Of a stretch of DNA of 64,000 nt, positions 19,651 through 35,197 are shown piece by piece (position 1 is the first letter of the stretch; the number at the start of each line of letters is the position of its first letter). This DNA comes from the human T2T-CHM13v2.0 reference genome, Homo sapiens. The stretch lies in NCBI RefSeq assembly GCF_009914755.1, contig NC_060925.1; one strand, 5' to 3'. The notes beneath the pieces are model-generated. The model saw only the letters and a program-made list of their open reading frames with translations. It searched no databases and was not told where the DNA came from. Position numbers and translations under genes: made by a program.

Positions 19651-20079
19651 AGAAAATGGAGTTTATGGTAGCACCTTTCATTTGGAGTTCTGGCTTCTAT
19701 GAGAAAACAAATGTCTTTATTACGGAAGCCAATCTGTGTTGAGATTGTTGTTCCTTTGCAGCTGAAAGCATCCTGGCTGATTCACTGGCAGTGTGAACTG
19801 TGTGATATATTTCTGGAGGGCAATCTGACTATATGTGTCAAAAATTTAACTGAGCATACTCAATAATACCATTTTTAGGGATATATTTCAAGGCAGGAAA
19901 TGACTGGGTGGACAGTGTACAAGGATGTTCATAGAATCAATATTTTTAATGGCAAAAAATTAGAAAACATGTAAATAATCATCAACAGAGATTCAACTAT
20001 ATCGTATTCTACATTTTATACAACAGAATGCTATGCAGCCCGTAAAATAAATTGATAAGACTTAGAAAGTAGCAAATTG

Positions 20080-20362
20080 GGCCAGGTGTGGTGGCTCACG
20101 CCTGTAATCCCAACACTTTGGGAGGCTGAGGGAGGCAGATCACTTGAGGTCAGGAGTTCGAGAACAGCCTGGCCAACATGTTGAAACCCCGTTTCCACTA
20201 AAAATAAAAAATTAGCCAGGCGTGATGGCACGTGCCTGTAATCCCAGCTATTCGGGAGGCTGAGGCATGAGAATTGCTTGAACCCAGGAGGCGAGAAGCA
20301 GAGGTGGTGCTGCTACACTCCAGGCTGGATGACAGAGGGAAACTGTCTCCAAAAAACAAAAA
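20080..20362 (+). mobile_element. AluSx/Sz with a right-arm deletion
   Basis: TSD AAG(T/C)AGCAAATTG. Confidence 0.92.
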
Positions 20363-20845
20363 AGCAGCAAATTGCTCATATCATGTATTAGCATGAAAAA
20401 CTAGAAAACAGTCAAGCCAATGAGTTAAAATGAAAAGTTAAGACACCTGTGATTTTTGCAATCACTAATGTATGATTGATACAGGCAACAAGCATCATTA
20501 GATGCAGATGCTAAAACCACTGAGTAAGTAGGAGCAGGATGCTCATACGGTTTCAAAAGACCACCCCGATAGAGGGAAAAAAGAATCTTTACATGTGGCA
20601 GAGGCCACTTTAACCAAGTAGTAAAACTTTGCATTCCCAACAATGGGGCAAACTCACACAGTGAGCCTCTGATGCCAAGTCTCAACATCACTTTGATTAT
20701 ATCCTTGTCAGAAAGATTTAACCAGAATCTAGTCAAAAGGAAACAGACAAAGCCATATTGTAGAGCCTTCCACAAGATAATTGGCTTGGACTAAAAAATG
20801 TCCATGTCACAAACAACAACAAAATGTGACAGGGAATATTCTGAG

Positions 20846-21010
20846 CAGTGATGAACAATAGAAATGTAATGCAGGCAAAAGTGGAATTTTAATATTTTTA
20901 AAGCCACATGAAAAAGTGACAAGACAGGTGAAACTAATTTTTAATAATGTATTTTGACCCAACGTAATCAATGTATTCTCATTTCAACATGCAATCAAAA
21001 TAAAATTTGA
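20846..21010. mobile_element. MER3/MER33-like MITE
   Basis: caatagaaatgtaatgc ... catttcaacatgcaatcaa motifs. Confidence 0.65.
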
Positions 21011-21362
21011 GTATAGAATATATGAAATTGAATATTGAATTTAAAATTTGAATATTTAAAATTTGAATACTGAGTATAAAATTTGAATATCTGTGTATTA
21101 GATAATATTACTGTATTGATGTTAAAGTTGTTGGTAATTATTATGAACTGAACGTTTGCGTTCTCTCACAATGCATATGTTGTGGGAGTGTAGTGTAGTG
21201 TATTGGTATTTGGAGATGAGACCTTTGGGAGGGAAATATATTTAGATGAGGTCATAAGGGGCAGGACTCTTGTGATGGGATTAGTGTCCCCATAAACAGA
21301 GGAAGAGATGTCAGAGCTTTCTCTCTGTCTCCACCACGTGAAGACATAGTGAGAAGACAGCT

Positions 21363-21680
21363 GACTGGGTGCGGTGGCTCTTGCCTGTAATCCCAGCACT
21401 TTGGGAGGCTGAGGCAGGTGGATCACTTGAGGTCATGAGTTTGAGACCAGCCTAGCTAACATGCTGAAACCCCATCTGTACTAAATACACAAAAATTAGC
21501 CGGGTGTGGTGGCGCACATCTGTAATCCCAGCTACTCAGGAGGCTGAGGCAGGAGGATCGCTTGAACCCAGGAGGTGGAAGCTGCAGTGAGCCAAAATTG
21601 CGCCACGGCACTTGAGCCTGGGTTACGGAGCAAGACTCCATCTCAAAAACAAACAAACAAACAAACAAACAAACAAAAAA
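21363..21680 (+). mobile_element. Alu (AluSz/Sx-like) with (CAAA)n tail
   Basis: Full Alu directly upstream of the U6 copy. Confidence 0.95.
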
Positions 21681-21681
21681 T

Positions 21682-21788
21682 GTGCTTGCTTTGGCAGCAC
21701 ATATACTAAAATTGGAAGGATACAGAGAAGATTAGCACGGTCCTTGTGCAAGGATGACACGCAAATTCCTGAAGCGTTCCATATTTTT
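21682..21788 (+). pseudogene. Full-length U6 snRNA retropseudogene (U6/L1 chimera)
   Basis: GTGCTTGCTTTGGCAGCAC...GCGTTCCATATTTTT; about 8 substitutions versus human U6 by eye; ACAGAGA box intact; no upstream U6 promoter; fused to an L1 3' end. Confidence 0.97.
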
Positions 21789-22266
21789 AAATTGTTCTAC
21801 TATAAAGACACATGCACACATATGTTTATTGCAGCACTGTTCACAATAGCAAAGACTTGAAACCAACCCAAATGCCCATCAATGATAGACTAAATAAAGA
21901 CAATGTGACACATATACACCATTGAATACTATGCAGCCATAAAAAAGAATGAGTTCATGGCCTTTGCAGGGACATGGATGAAGCTGGAAACCATCCATTC
22001 TCAGCAAACTAACATAAGAACAGAAAACCAAACACCACATGTTCTCACTCATAAGTGAGAGCTGAACAATGAGAACACATGGACATAGGGAGGGGAACAT
22101 CACACACCGGGGCCTGTCGGGGGTGCTAGTGGAGGGATAGCATCAGGAGAAATACCTAATGTAGATGACAGGTTGATGGGTGCAGCAAACCACCATGGCA
22201 TGTGTATACCTATGTAACAAACCCGCACATTCTGCACATGTACTCCAGAACTTAAAGTATAATAAT
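21789..22266 (+). mobile_element. L1PA 3' end (partner of the U6/L1 chimera)
   Basis: ttctactataaagacacatgcac...cttaaagtataata. Confidence 0.95.
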
Positions 22267-22267
22267 A

Positions 22268-22386
22268 GAAGAAGAAGAGGAAGAAGAAGAGGAAGAAGAA
22301 GAGAGAAGAAGAAGAAGAGAGAAGAAGAAGAAGAAGAAGAAGAAGAAGAAGAAGAAGAAGAAGAAGAAGAAGAAGAAGAAGAAGAA

Positions 22387-22425
<39 letters not shown>
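22268..22425. repeat. Compound microsatellite: interrupted GAA, then (GAA)22(GAC)13
   Basis: Pure GAA 22321-22386 and pure GAC 22387-22425. Confidence 0.97.
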
Positions 22426-22737
22426 AACAGCCATTTGCAATCTGTAAGCCAGGAAGGGGGCCCTCACCAGGAACTGAATCAGCTGACACCTTGATCTTAT
22501 TACACCTTCAACCTCTGGAATTTTGAGAAATAAGTGTGTGCTGTTGAGGTCACCCAGTCTATGGCATTTTGGTATAGCAGCCCAAGCCTACTAATATGGT
22601 AATAATAGTACTTTGTTCTATAGGAGAATGCTGTTATTCTCAAGAGACACATGCTGAAGTACTTAGGGTCGACTCATGATATCTGCAACTTACTTTCAAA
22701 TGCTTAAACAAATTATACACAGATGATAGGTACCTAA

Positions 22738-23152
<415 letters not shown>

Positions 23153-24426
23153 AAAATTTTCTAAATAAGAAGTTGGAAAGAGTAAATAGAGTAAAATGAT
23201 CTGAGAGAAAAAGAATCCAAATAATAACATTTATACTATTTTATAGTTTACAGTGTATTTTCACGTATATTAATGTGATCCTTTCAAATATCCACGGAGG
23301 TAGACATATCGTGTGTTTTATCCTTATTTTGTAGTCTTCAAAAACATTTCCTCAGTGCCTAACCATGTGCCAGGCATGGTACATACATCATCTCTTTTAC
23401 TTTCTACAAGAACTCCAGAAGGCAGATATCGGCTCTCCCATCCACGGAGGCTCTGGTGGGATTCCGAAGCTAGCAATCTGCAGAGCTGGCATCTGAATGC
23501 AGCTTTGTCCGACTCTGAGGCCTGAGCTCATCCCTCTGTTGGCATCCTGTTTGTGATTCCTGTTTTACAGATGCAGGAATGGAAACTCAGAGAAGTTAAT
23601 TAACCTGTGCAGTGTCACACAGCTACTCGGGGCAAAGCCAAAATTCAAGCCAGAACTTCAGTCTCCTATTCCAAAGCTCGGACCTCCTTCCAAAGCACCT
23701 GTAATGAGCACTCTGGAAATAGGTTCAGGATCTAAGCTAGTGGCTCATGTGAGAAGAAGTCTCAGCACACAAGGGCCCTCAGCACAGGAAATTACTCAAG
23801 TTATTGGAGTGGAGCCAGGGAAAGGCCCCGAAGCTCAGAGCAGGCCTGACTCGGGAGACAGTTTGTGAAAATAAAAGCAAGCCCACATTGACTCATTCAT
23901 TTGATGCTCTGATTAAGAAGCATGAGTTGCCACACCATGTGATGGAGAGCTATAAACTCCAGCCCTGGAGACATAATCTGGCACAGATTCCCTTGGATGG
24001 GCAAACGGTATTCAGGCAGGACTACCATTTCCGGGAGGGGGAGACCGGGGGAAGCAGGTCAGGACTTGAGGCTCATAACCATGCTGCACTGATTTGTTTA
24101 AAAGTAAATATTATTTGGTTTTCATTTAATTTTAAATAAAATTTAAATTTTTAAATGAAAATTAAAATGTTCACTTAATTTGAGTTATTAGATTAAAAGA
24201 TAGTCTGCTTTACTGAAAGTCTTAGGCTGGAAAACAACAAAGTCGTTTGTGAAAATATTTAAATAAGAAGAGAACAGCAATCATAACAGGAATCTAAGGG
24301 GACTGTGAGTCTTGCATTGGCACAGCTCAGCGCGGTGGAGACTTCTAAAGAGGGCTCTATGGATAGAGTCCTTCAGGGACCACCACCCGCCCCCATGCCC
24401 AACGCTGAGGAGGACACTCCAGCAGG

Positions 24427-24445
24427 GATCCACCAGGTGGCTGTA
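24427..24445 (+). promoter_or_regulatory. CTCF-like motif
   Basis: CCACCAGGTGGC at 24430-24441 matches the CTCF core. Confidence 0.45.
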
Positions 24446-25779
24446 AAGCTAAGAAGGTGACCTCCTGGGTGTCCCTCCTGAAACACAGAGCACCGTTTGA
24501 ACTGCCCGAGCGAGCGGACCAGCTGGCGCACAGATCACAGAGCCCTGCAGTGATCAGCTGCCATCTGGATCTGCCCGGGTGCAAGCAAACGGCACAGCTC
24601 TGGAAGCTTCCTCAGGGCTCCAAGAGAGCATCTGCGTGTTGGGAAGCCTCGGATGTGCTGCAAGACCTTTGTTCTGACTGTGGCAAAGCCTATGTATGCT
24701 AGGTGTCACATTGAATTCTTTTCTATTAATAATAACTTATCTGAGATTCTGCGCGACTGTCGCTCTAGAATCTGCATTTAGGAATGATCAGCATCAGTGC
24801 TGAGTGCCTCGGAGTGGGACATAGATTTAGGCAGAGATGTGGGAAGCAGCCATCAGTGAAGGACGATGCTGTGATTGGTGGCTGGAACCCACAAGTAGAC
24901 ACCAAACTGCTAACAGGGTGGTCCTGGAGGTAGATGTCTAGGCAAGCAGCCAAGATCAGTCATTTAGAGTCCATGCAGGTCTGACTTGAGACAGTGAATT
25001 TTGTAGAACTCCATACTCATTCTGAAGTGATTTTGTTATAGGCAGTCAGCTCTACCAGAGGCCTTTGTCCAGACTATCTGAAAGGCACCCAATGCAAGGG
25101 CTGCAAACCTCAACAGCAGAGGACTTGTGCTGAAACCCTTCCGAATGCATTCTCTAGACTGGCCAACTAATGTGTCTTCTTTGCTGTCCAGCTCCAATCT
25201 CCATCAGGTTGTCTTTTTAAAAAAAAATCCAAGCCTTTGCCCTGCCAAGCACCAGGAAAAGCATGATTTGCACATTTGAGAGCTAACGAAAACAGTCCAT
25301 CCGAGTGTCCTAGTGAATCTGCAGCCCAGATGGGCTCACGTTTCCCTGTGTACCCCACATGCCCACTGAGCCCCGAAGTGGTTGCCCAGACCCCTTACCC
25401 AGACCCCGGGCTGAAAGAACCTTGTGTGGTTTAATCTCAGAGCAGAGTCCTCTGAGCTGGAGATGTTTGATTGAGAGACTGCCGGAGGGGCCTCCCCCAG
25501 TCGACCCAAAGATATAATGCTGGTGCCACATCTTGTGACTTGCGGTATCGAAGACTGCTGCTGGCGAAAAGGAAGCCACAGAGCTTCCACCCCTCATAGG
25601 AGGTCAGTGGTCACTGTAATCAGAGGAGTGCTCTGTTCCATTTCAGTGACTCAATGGTCACATTATCCTTTAAAAATAAAAAAATTCACATGCCAGGCCT
25701 AATAATATTGCTTCTCTTCTCTTTCTCATTTTTCCTCTCTTCCCTCTACCAGACTCTCCCTTACCCTTTTCTCTCTCTC

Positions 25780-26410
25780 TTTTTATTGATGCGCAATTGA
25801 CATAACATACCATGAACTATTATAAAGTGCACAATTCAGTGGTATTTAGTGCACTCGCAATGTCGTGCAATCACCACCTCTCTAGTTTCAAAACCTTTTC
25901 ATCTCCCAGAATAACATCTGGTACCCATTAAGCAGTCACTCCCATTTCCCCCTCCCCCCGTCCCTGACAATCACAAATCTGCTTTCTACCTCTGTAGATT
26001 TGCCTGTTCTGGATATTTCATATAAAAGGAATCACGGAACGTGTGTTCTTTTTGTGTCGGGCTTCTTTCACCTAGCACATTTTCCAGGTGCATCCAAGTC
26101 ATAGCATGTATAATACTTCATCCCTTTTTTGTGGCTACATGATATTCCATGGTGTGCGTAAACCACAACTTGCTTATCCATTCCTCTGTCAATGGTTGCT
26201 TCTTCCTTTTGGCCATTGTGAATAATGCTGCTATAAACATGAGTGTACAAGTTTCTGTGTAGATATGCGCTTTCATTTCTCTTGAGTAATAGAACTAGGA
26301 GTGGAAATGCTGGGCCACACCTCTGTATGTTTAACATTTTGAGGAATTGCCAGACCGTTTTCCCTACTAGCTGCACCACTTTACATTTCCACCAGCAATG
26401 TATTAGGGTC
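25780..26410 (-). mobile_element. L1MB-like 3' fragment
   Basis: Antisense L1M 3' end; ORF track shows HCWWKCKVVQ..KTVWQFLK from the ORF2 C-terminus. Confidence 0.85.
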
Positions 26411-27039
26411 TCTCTCTCTCTCTTTATTTCTCTCTCTCCTTTCTCTAACAAAACTAAATCAACAAAACAATTTGTTCATCCTAGACTGCTGAGTGTGCCA
26501 AGGGCATTTAAATGACCAGTCATTGTTTCACAGCAGTGATTCACAGCGTGGCCATGTTAAAAGGTAAGCCTAAGCCAAACAGGCCCCCAGCTGGTCTGCA
26601 GACTTACCCTGGAGGCCAGGAACAAGACCGTCCCTCCCTGCTGTAGACAGAAAAGACTGCACTGAGGGTGTTCTGCTCTGAGCTGGTTCCCCTGGTCTGC
26701 TGCTCTTCTCCACACATGCTGTCAACCGCAGTGGGCAGGTCAGCTTGGCTGGAAACCCACTGAGTAAAGAGGCCCCCAACCCTCCAGACGATGGGAAAAT
26801 ATATGGCAAAAGATGTCAGAGGTAGTTCAAGGAGCTTATTATAATGCAGAGAATTCCAAATCCACAAGCAAAGAGGTGGCATTTTATGGCTCGAAAGGAC
26901 CTGGAAAGCTCAAGACTCAAAATCAGGCACAGGGTTAAAGGTGAGGAAATGGAGGCCCCTCCCAGGTCCAGTGACTGGAACTGGCTGATGAGCAGCAGAG
27001 GAGGCAGGGTGAGAAATCCGGTCCTACTGTGATCAGGGC

Positions 27040-27190
27040 AGCCCTGTTCCAGGCTTGTCCAATAAGACTCACACCAGGAGCTTGCTCAAATGCAGATCCC
27101 TCGGGCCCTACCCAGACCAAAGGAGCCTGAATCCCTGGGGAGGGGGATCTGTGCTTTTAACGTGTCTGTGATAAGTTTAGGAAACATGCT
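27040..27190. mobile_element. MER5-like MITE
   Basis: caaatgcagatccctcgggccc...atctgtgcttttaac. Confidence 0.55.
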
Positions 27191-27663
27191 GAACTAAAGA
27201 TAAGGCCTATTTAACAGCAACAACGGTGCCTAATTCTTGATTTGAGTGATGATATACCCTTCATGTGAGTGAAAATTTGAAGTCAGCATTTGGGAATAAT
27301 CATGTCTGTTTGGTATGTGGTTTCTGTTAGAATCTGCCTGAGGCTCTGATGATCCGGACAATCACAGTGTATGGTACACACACACACACACGCACACACA
27401 CACACACACGCACTCACAGGGCGGGAGTGGGTGTTAGTGGATGGAGAGTTGCCCCACCTCTTTTAACCTCGATTGTAGTAACTAACCTCACTGTTCTCTA
27501 CCTTGCTTTGAAAAAACATTTTTGTGCCTTATCTAATCTTCTAACAGTTATTAAGAAAGAAGCCTGCACAGTGGGTATTTTTAAATCCCTGTTTCACGGA
27601 TGAATAAACTGATTCTATGAGGTTCAGTGACTTGCTCCAATTCATAAAACAAGATGCTTGCTC

Positions 27664-28104
27664 TTAGGAGTTTGTGTCCCCCAAAAGATATATTGAGGTC
27701 CCCCAGTACCTCAGAAAGTGTCCTTATTGAAAGACAGGGTCTTTACAGAGGTAATCAAGTTAAAACGTGGTCATTAGGGTGGCCCCTCTCCAATATGTTT
27801 GGTGTCCTTATAAAAAGAGGAAATTTGGATACAGACACGTACACAGGGAGAATTCCACGTGAAGATGAAGGCAGAAATCAGAGTGATGCTCTCCAGGCCA
27901 TCAAGGAATGCCAAGGATGACCAGCGAAACACCAGAGGCCAGGAGAGGGGCGTAGAACAAATCCCTCACTCCCTCAGAAGGAGCCCACCCTGCCCACATC
28001 TTGATCTCGTACTTCTGGCCTCCAGAACTGTGAGACATACGTTCTGTAATTGAAGCCACCCAGTTGGTGGTTCTCTGTTAAGGCAGCTCTAGCAAACTCA
28101 TAGA
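27664..28104 (+). mobile_element. MLT1B/C LTR
   Basis: gtaatcaagttaaa, gaagatgaaggcagaaatc and gcagctctagcaaac motifs. Confidence 0.85.
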
Positions 28105-30242
28105 CTGGCCAAACTAAGAGTCACACCCAGATCTCTTCCACATCCATCGGAGACCAGTACACATTCCACAGCACCCCAACCATCTCAGGGAGCCCCAAGC
28201 GTAGCAGGTGATGGACACGTGAACAAATGCCCACCCAGTAGTTCCATGACGGGTCTGTGCAGAATAAACAGAGTAGACAGGGTAAGGGAGCTGGGGGATT
28301 TTAGAGGCAGGTCCCAGCAGATGCTGTCTGGATGTGCCCTTGTGCCCAAGCCGCTTCCAGGGTTATGGTTTAGGATGTGGCACACAAGGAGGACCCTAGA
28401 TCTGACTTCACACACTGCAGGAGCAGTCCCATGGACGGTGGGGAGAGTGGCCTCAGGGAGGCAAACTTGCAGAGTCCTGGCTGCGTTCTCTCTCAGACAG
28501 GTCGCATGGTCTCCCGGGGCCTCGGTTATTTCAACTATGAAATTGAGATAATAATACTTACCTACCTAATGCAGGGTTATGCACCCGATGCCCATGTAAG
28601 GTGCATTTATTAGCTTTATGTCTGGGTGGAGGTGGTTTGCTCTTAGACTTTCCAAATTAGGTTCAGTCTGCAGAGCTTTGGAAATATGAGGATTTCAGGG
28701 CCCGTCTCGCAGAGACTCAGATTCCGCAGCTCTGAGTTGCTACCATAGGAAATACATTGAAAAACACTCCCCACCTGAGTCTACTGGGCTGCTGGGTTTG
28801 GCAACCACTAGGTTAATGCACACTGCTGTGGAAAACAAGAATGGCCAAGGGCTTGGGTTCAAATATGAGACAAGGCAGTTTGGAGATGCTGTCATTGAAC
28901 TCATATAGTACTGGGCTGAAAGTGACATCAGAGCACAGATGTCAGGTATGTGTTGATGTACAAGGCTAGTTCCTATAATGAAATTAACACTCTCAGTAAG
29001 AGTGAAATGATCCTTGTTCACACACATGCATGTATCTGCGCACACACACAAATTCACATACACACATTCACCCATGCACATAAACACACATACATGAACA
29101 CACATATACATGCGCAAGCGCGCGCACACACACACACACACTCAAAGGTGTCCCTTTGAAGGGTTGTGCTACCAATGAGTCTAAGAATTGGTATGAGCAG
29201 GTCTAGGAAGATCAAAAGAGATAACCCAGGAGACAAGGGCGGTGCTGGAGGTGGCTGCAGTTCTGTCTCGGGGGGACTGTAACTGAGGTGGCCCAGGCAC
29301 AGCAATAGTCAGAATAAACATCACTGTGCAAGAGCCCAGAAAAATTCAGAGCATGGGGCACAGGGGATGCTGACGGCGGGAGAGGCACGAAAGCAGAACC
29401 CCGCAACAGAAGATGCTTAGGAAGACTTGTCACCATGAAATGACATGGCAGGCCTGGTGGCTATCTGGGAGGGGTCATGGGGACAGAGAAGAGGATGGGA
29501 TGAAGAGCCATGAGCAGACCTGTCTGAATGGAAGTCAGGGGTGGACTGAGAATGCGTGAACAGGGCGCCTGGGTGTTGGGATATCTGATGGAGGTAGTTG
29601 ATCTGGGAGTGTGAGGCTGAGCTAGTTGTGTAGAGATGTGTGAAGGATGACTGGAAGAATCATTTGGATATTTTAACTGGAGAGGGAGGTGGTTTAATAT
29701 CTATAACAAACATGCTTAATTTCAGTATGTTTATTTTTCGCATCTGTTTACTTGCTGACTCAGTAACTAGCACTCTACCACATTTACCAGGTAATGTGTA
29801 GGAACTATAGGGAAGCAGATGTTTGGCTCAGTGTACTTTTAACAAAAGCCCAAAATAACTCTCTGTATATAGAATCAGCTGACTAATCTCCTGGGGCTGA
29901 GGCCCGTCTCTGTTAAGCGTCTGGAGATCAGAGCTGAGTTGGGCTTTGAATTCATTCTAAGTGGTGACAAGTGGGAAAAACCAAGACTAGAGCCTGCAAC
30001 CACTGAGGCGTTTGACGTTTAAGGGTCAAATTAGAGAAGCCAGGTTCAGACTTCAAATCTCAAGGGTCAAGGCAGGTTAAGTCAAATGAGGCTGGAAGCA
30101 GGTGGAAAAGCCCAGGGTTGGAAGTCAGCACCTGGAGCAGAGCAGGAAGCGAGGGCAGGGTGGGGTCTGGAGGCAGGTAATGACTGAATGTTTGTACAAA
30201 CATCCTGTGTGTGGTTGATGGGTGAAGGTAGCTTTAAATGTG

Positions 30243-30424
30243 CTGGCAGCACAAGCTACATAATTTATGGGGTGCAGTGCAAAATGAAAATGCAGGGCCT
30301 CCTTGCTCAAGAATTATTAAGAATTTCAAGACAGCAACAGCGGACCATTAAACCAAGTGTGGGAGCCTTCTGGGTGCAAGTCCTGTGCACCTGTACAGGT
30401 CGCTTGACCAGGAGGCCAGCCCTG
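30243..30424. mobile_element. MER91-like MITE
   Basis: gcagtgcaaaatgaaaatgcagggcc...ggccagccctg. Confidence 0.65.
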
Positions 30425-31164
30425 TGCGCTGGCCAGTGGGGAAGAAAGGCAGTGAGCTCCTGCTGTATGTATTGAAGCAGAAGCTGCTGGCCACTGGGTA
30501 AAACAGCCCCGGGAATGCCCATTACGGCCAGTCCAGTGCTAAAATTCTTTCATTTTACCAGCTAAAAACACCCTGGGATTTTGTAGATGGCATCACATGG
30601 TCCAGACCAAACCGACCGAAAAGACAGAGCAAAGGACCCTCCAGGCTCATGTCTAACAACCCAATTGCAGAGACCACCCTGGACCCCCGCATCAAATTCT
30701 GCAGCCAGCCCTAGTCAAAGACTATCGTTCTGCTGCAGTTTAAACAGGACAGCAAGTACAGTAGCAACAAATGGCACAAACGGTCCAGGGCAGGTGGGGA
30801 ACAGGAGTATGGCTCACCGCACTCATTACTTTTCTAAGGTTTCCAATACATTCTTGGCACCAAAGCTCACAGGCCACTTGTCTTTCTGGAAGGGTCTATT
30901 TCCCTTCTGTGACATACAACAATGTGGACAGGTGAAAACACGAAGAGTGACAACCCGGGAATTGGATTCAGGCTTTGATATTGCAACACTTCTGCCTGGG
31001 AACAGATCGGGGGGGAGATACATTATTCAATTACACTCAAGAATCTAAACAAACAATTTGCTATCCCTTTTCTTTCTGGAGAGATAAAAAAAGACGATCC
31101 AAAATGTTGAGGTTAGCAGCCCACAGGTATAGCTTAGAGGTCATACATCAGTCTTTCAGCTACC

Positions 31165-31167
<3 letters not shown>

Positions 31168-31216
<49 letters not shown>

Positions 31217-31262
31217 TATATACATATATATACATATATACATATATATACACACACACACA
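31168..31262. repeat. (TA)n/(CA)n compound microsatellite
   Basis: Seen directly. Confidence 0.95.
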
Positions 31263-31827
31263 TAAATGTGTATGCCTCTGTATGTGTGTATCAATATGTA
31301 CATATATACACATATATGTATGTGTATAAAACACTAGCGAGAGTTGCCATGGCTATGAAGACAACTTCAGTCAGTAAATATTTGTTTTGGAGAAATGTAT
31401 TGTATTAAAGACATGCTGCAATGATTTCTGAGAAGAATATAACTTAAATGAGGAAATTGATCCCCACGTGTCTGCCCCATGACCAAGGGTCTAAGTCACC
31501 TAAATCAGCTCACTCCTCTCCCCCAGATTTGCCAAGTCACCAAATGCATAAAGCATATTTCTCCCTCATTCACACAGGGAGAGGGGTTGGGACGCTAGGT
31601 GGAAGACCACCAATCAAACACGCTAAGAGTGTGACCTTCTAGCACCTCCCTGACGACTTTACATTGGTAGTTGAAAGCCTCCATTGGTGAAAACTCACCT
31701 AAAAGGAGGTTTTTCCATCAAGCCGTCTTGAAGCCCTGCATTGACGGAGCTACAACCCACAATTTTATACACAATCTAGTGGGATTTTGACTTCAAAGTA
31801 AGGATCAGGGTGTCTTTAAAGTTTTCT

Positions 31828-32167
<340 letters not shown>

Positions 32168-32334
32168 TTAGATAAATCAGATATTGAGACAAGAGACAAA
32201 CAACCGTAGAGTGTGAAAGGGCTTTGTCAGGTTCTTGCTTTGTATTAAGCAAATGGTTATTTTATATATTGAAATGTTAATGATTTTTATAGATGCAGCA
32301 TTAGTAATATTTCAGGACATTTAATATTTTATTT

Positions 32335-35197
<2,863 letters not shown>

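Larger units (their letters stand above)
21139..22598 (+). mobile_element. MLT1A-like LTR interrupted by the Alu-U6-L1 cassette
   Basis: LTR halves 21139-21362 and about 22426-22598; TSD GTAAT at 21134-21138 and 22599-22603. Confidence 0.85.

Noticed and set aside
21682-21788. Functional U6 snRNA gene
   Set aside because: About 8 substitutions, no upstream PSE/TATA (an Alu tail instead) and fusion to L1; it is a retrocopy.
22100-22494. Poly-E/D, poly-S, poly-L/R and poly-V/F ORFs
   Set aside because: Frames of the GAA/GAC microsatellite within L1 and LTR sequence.
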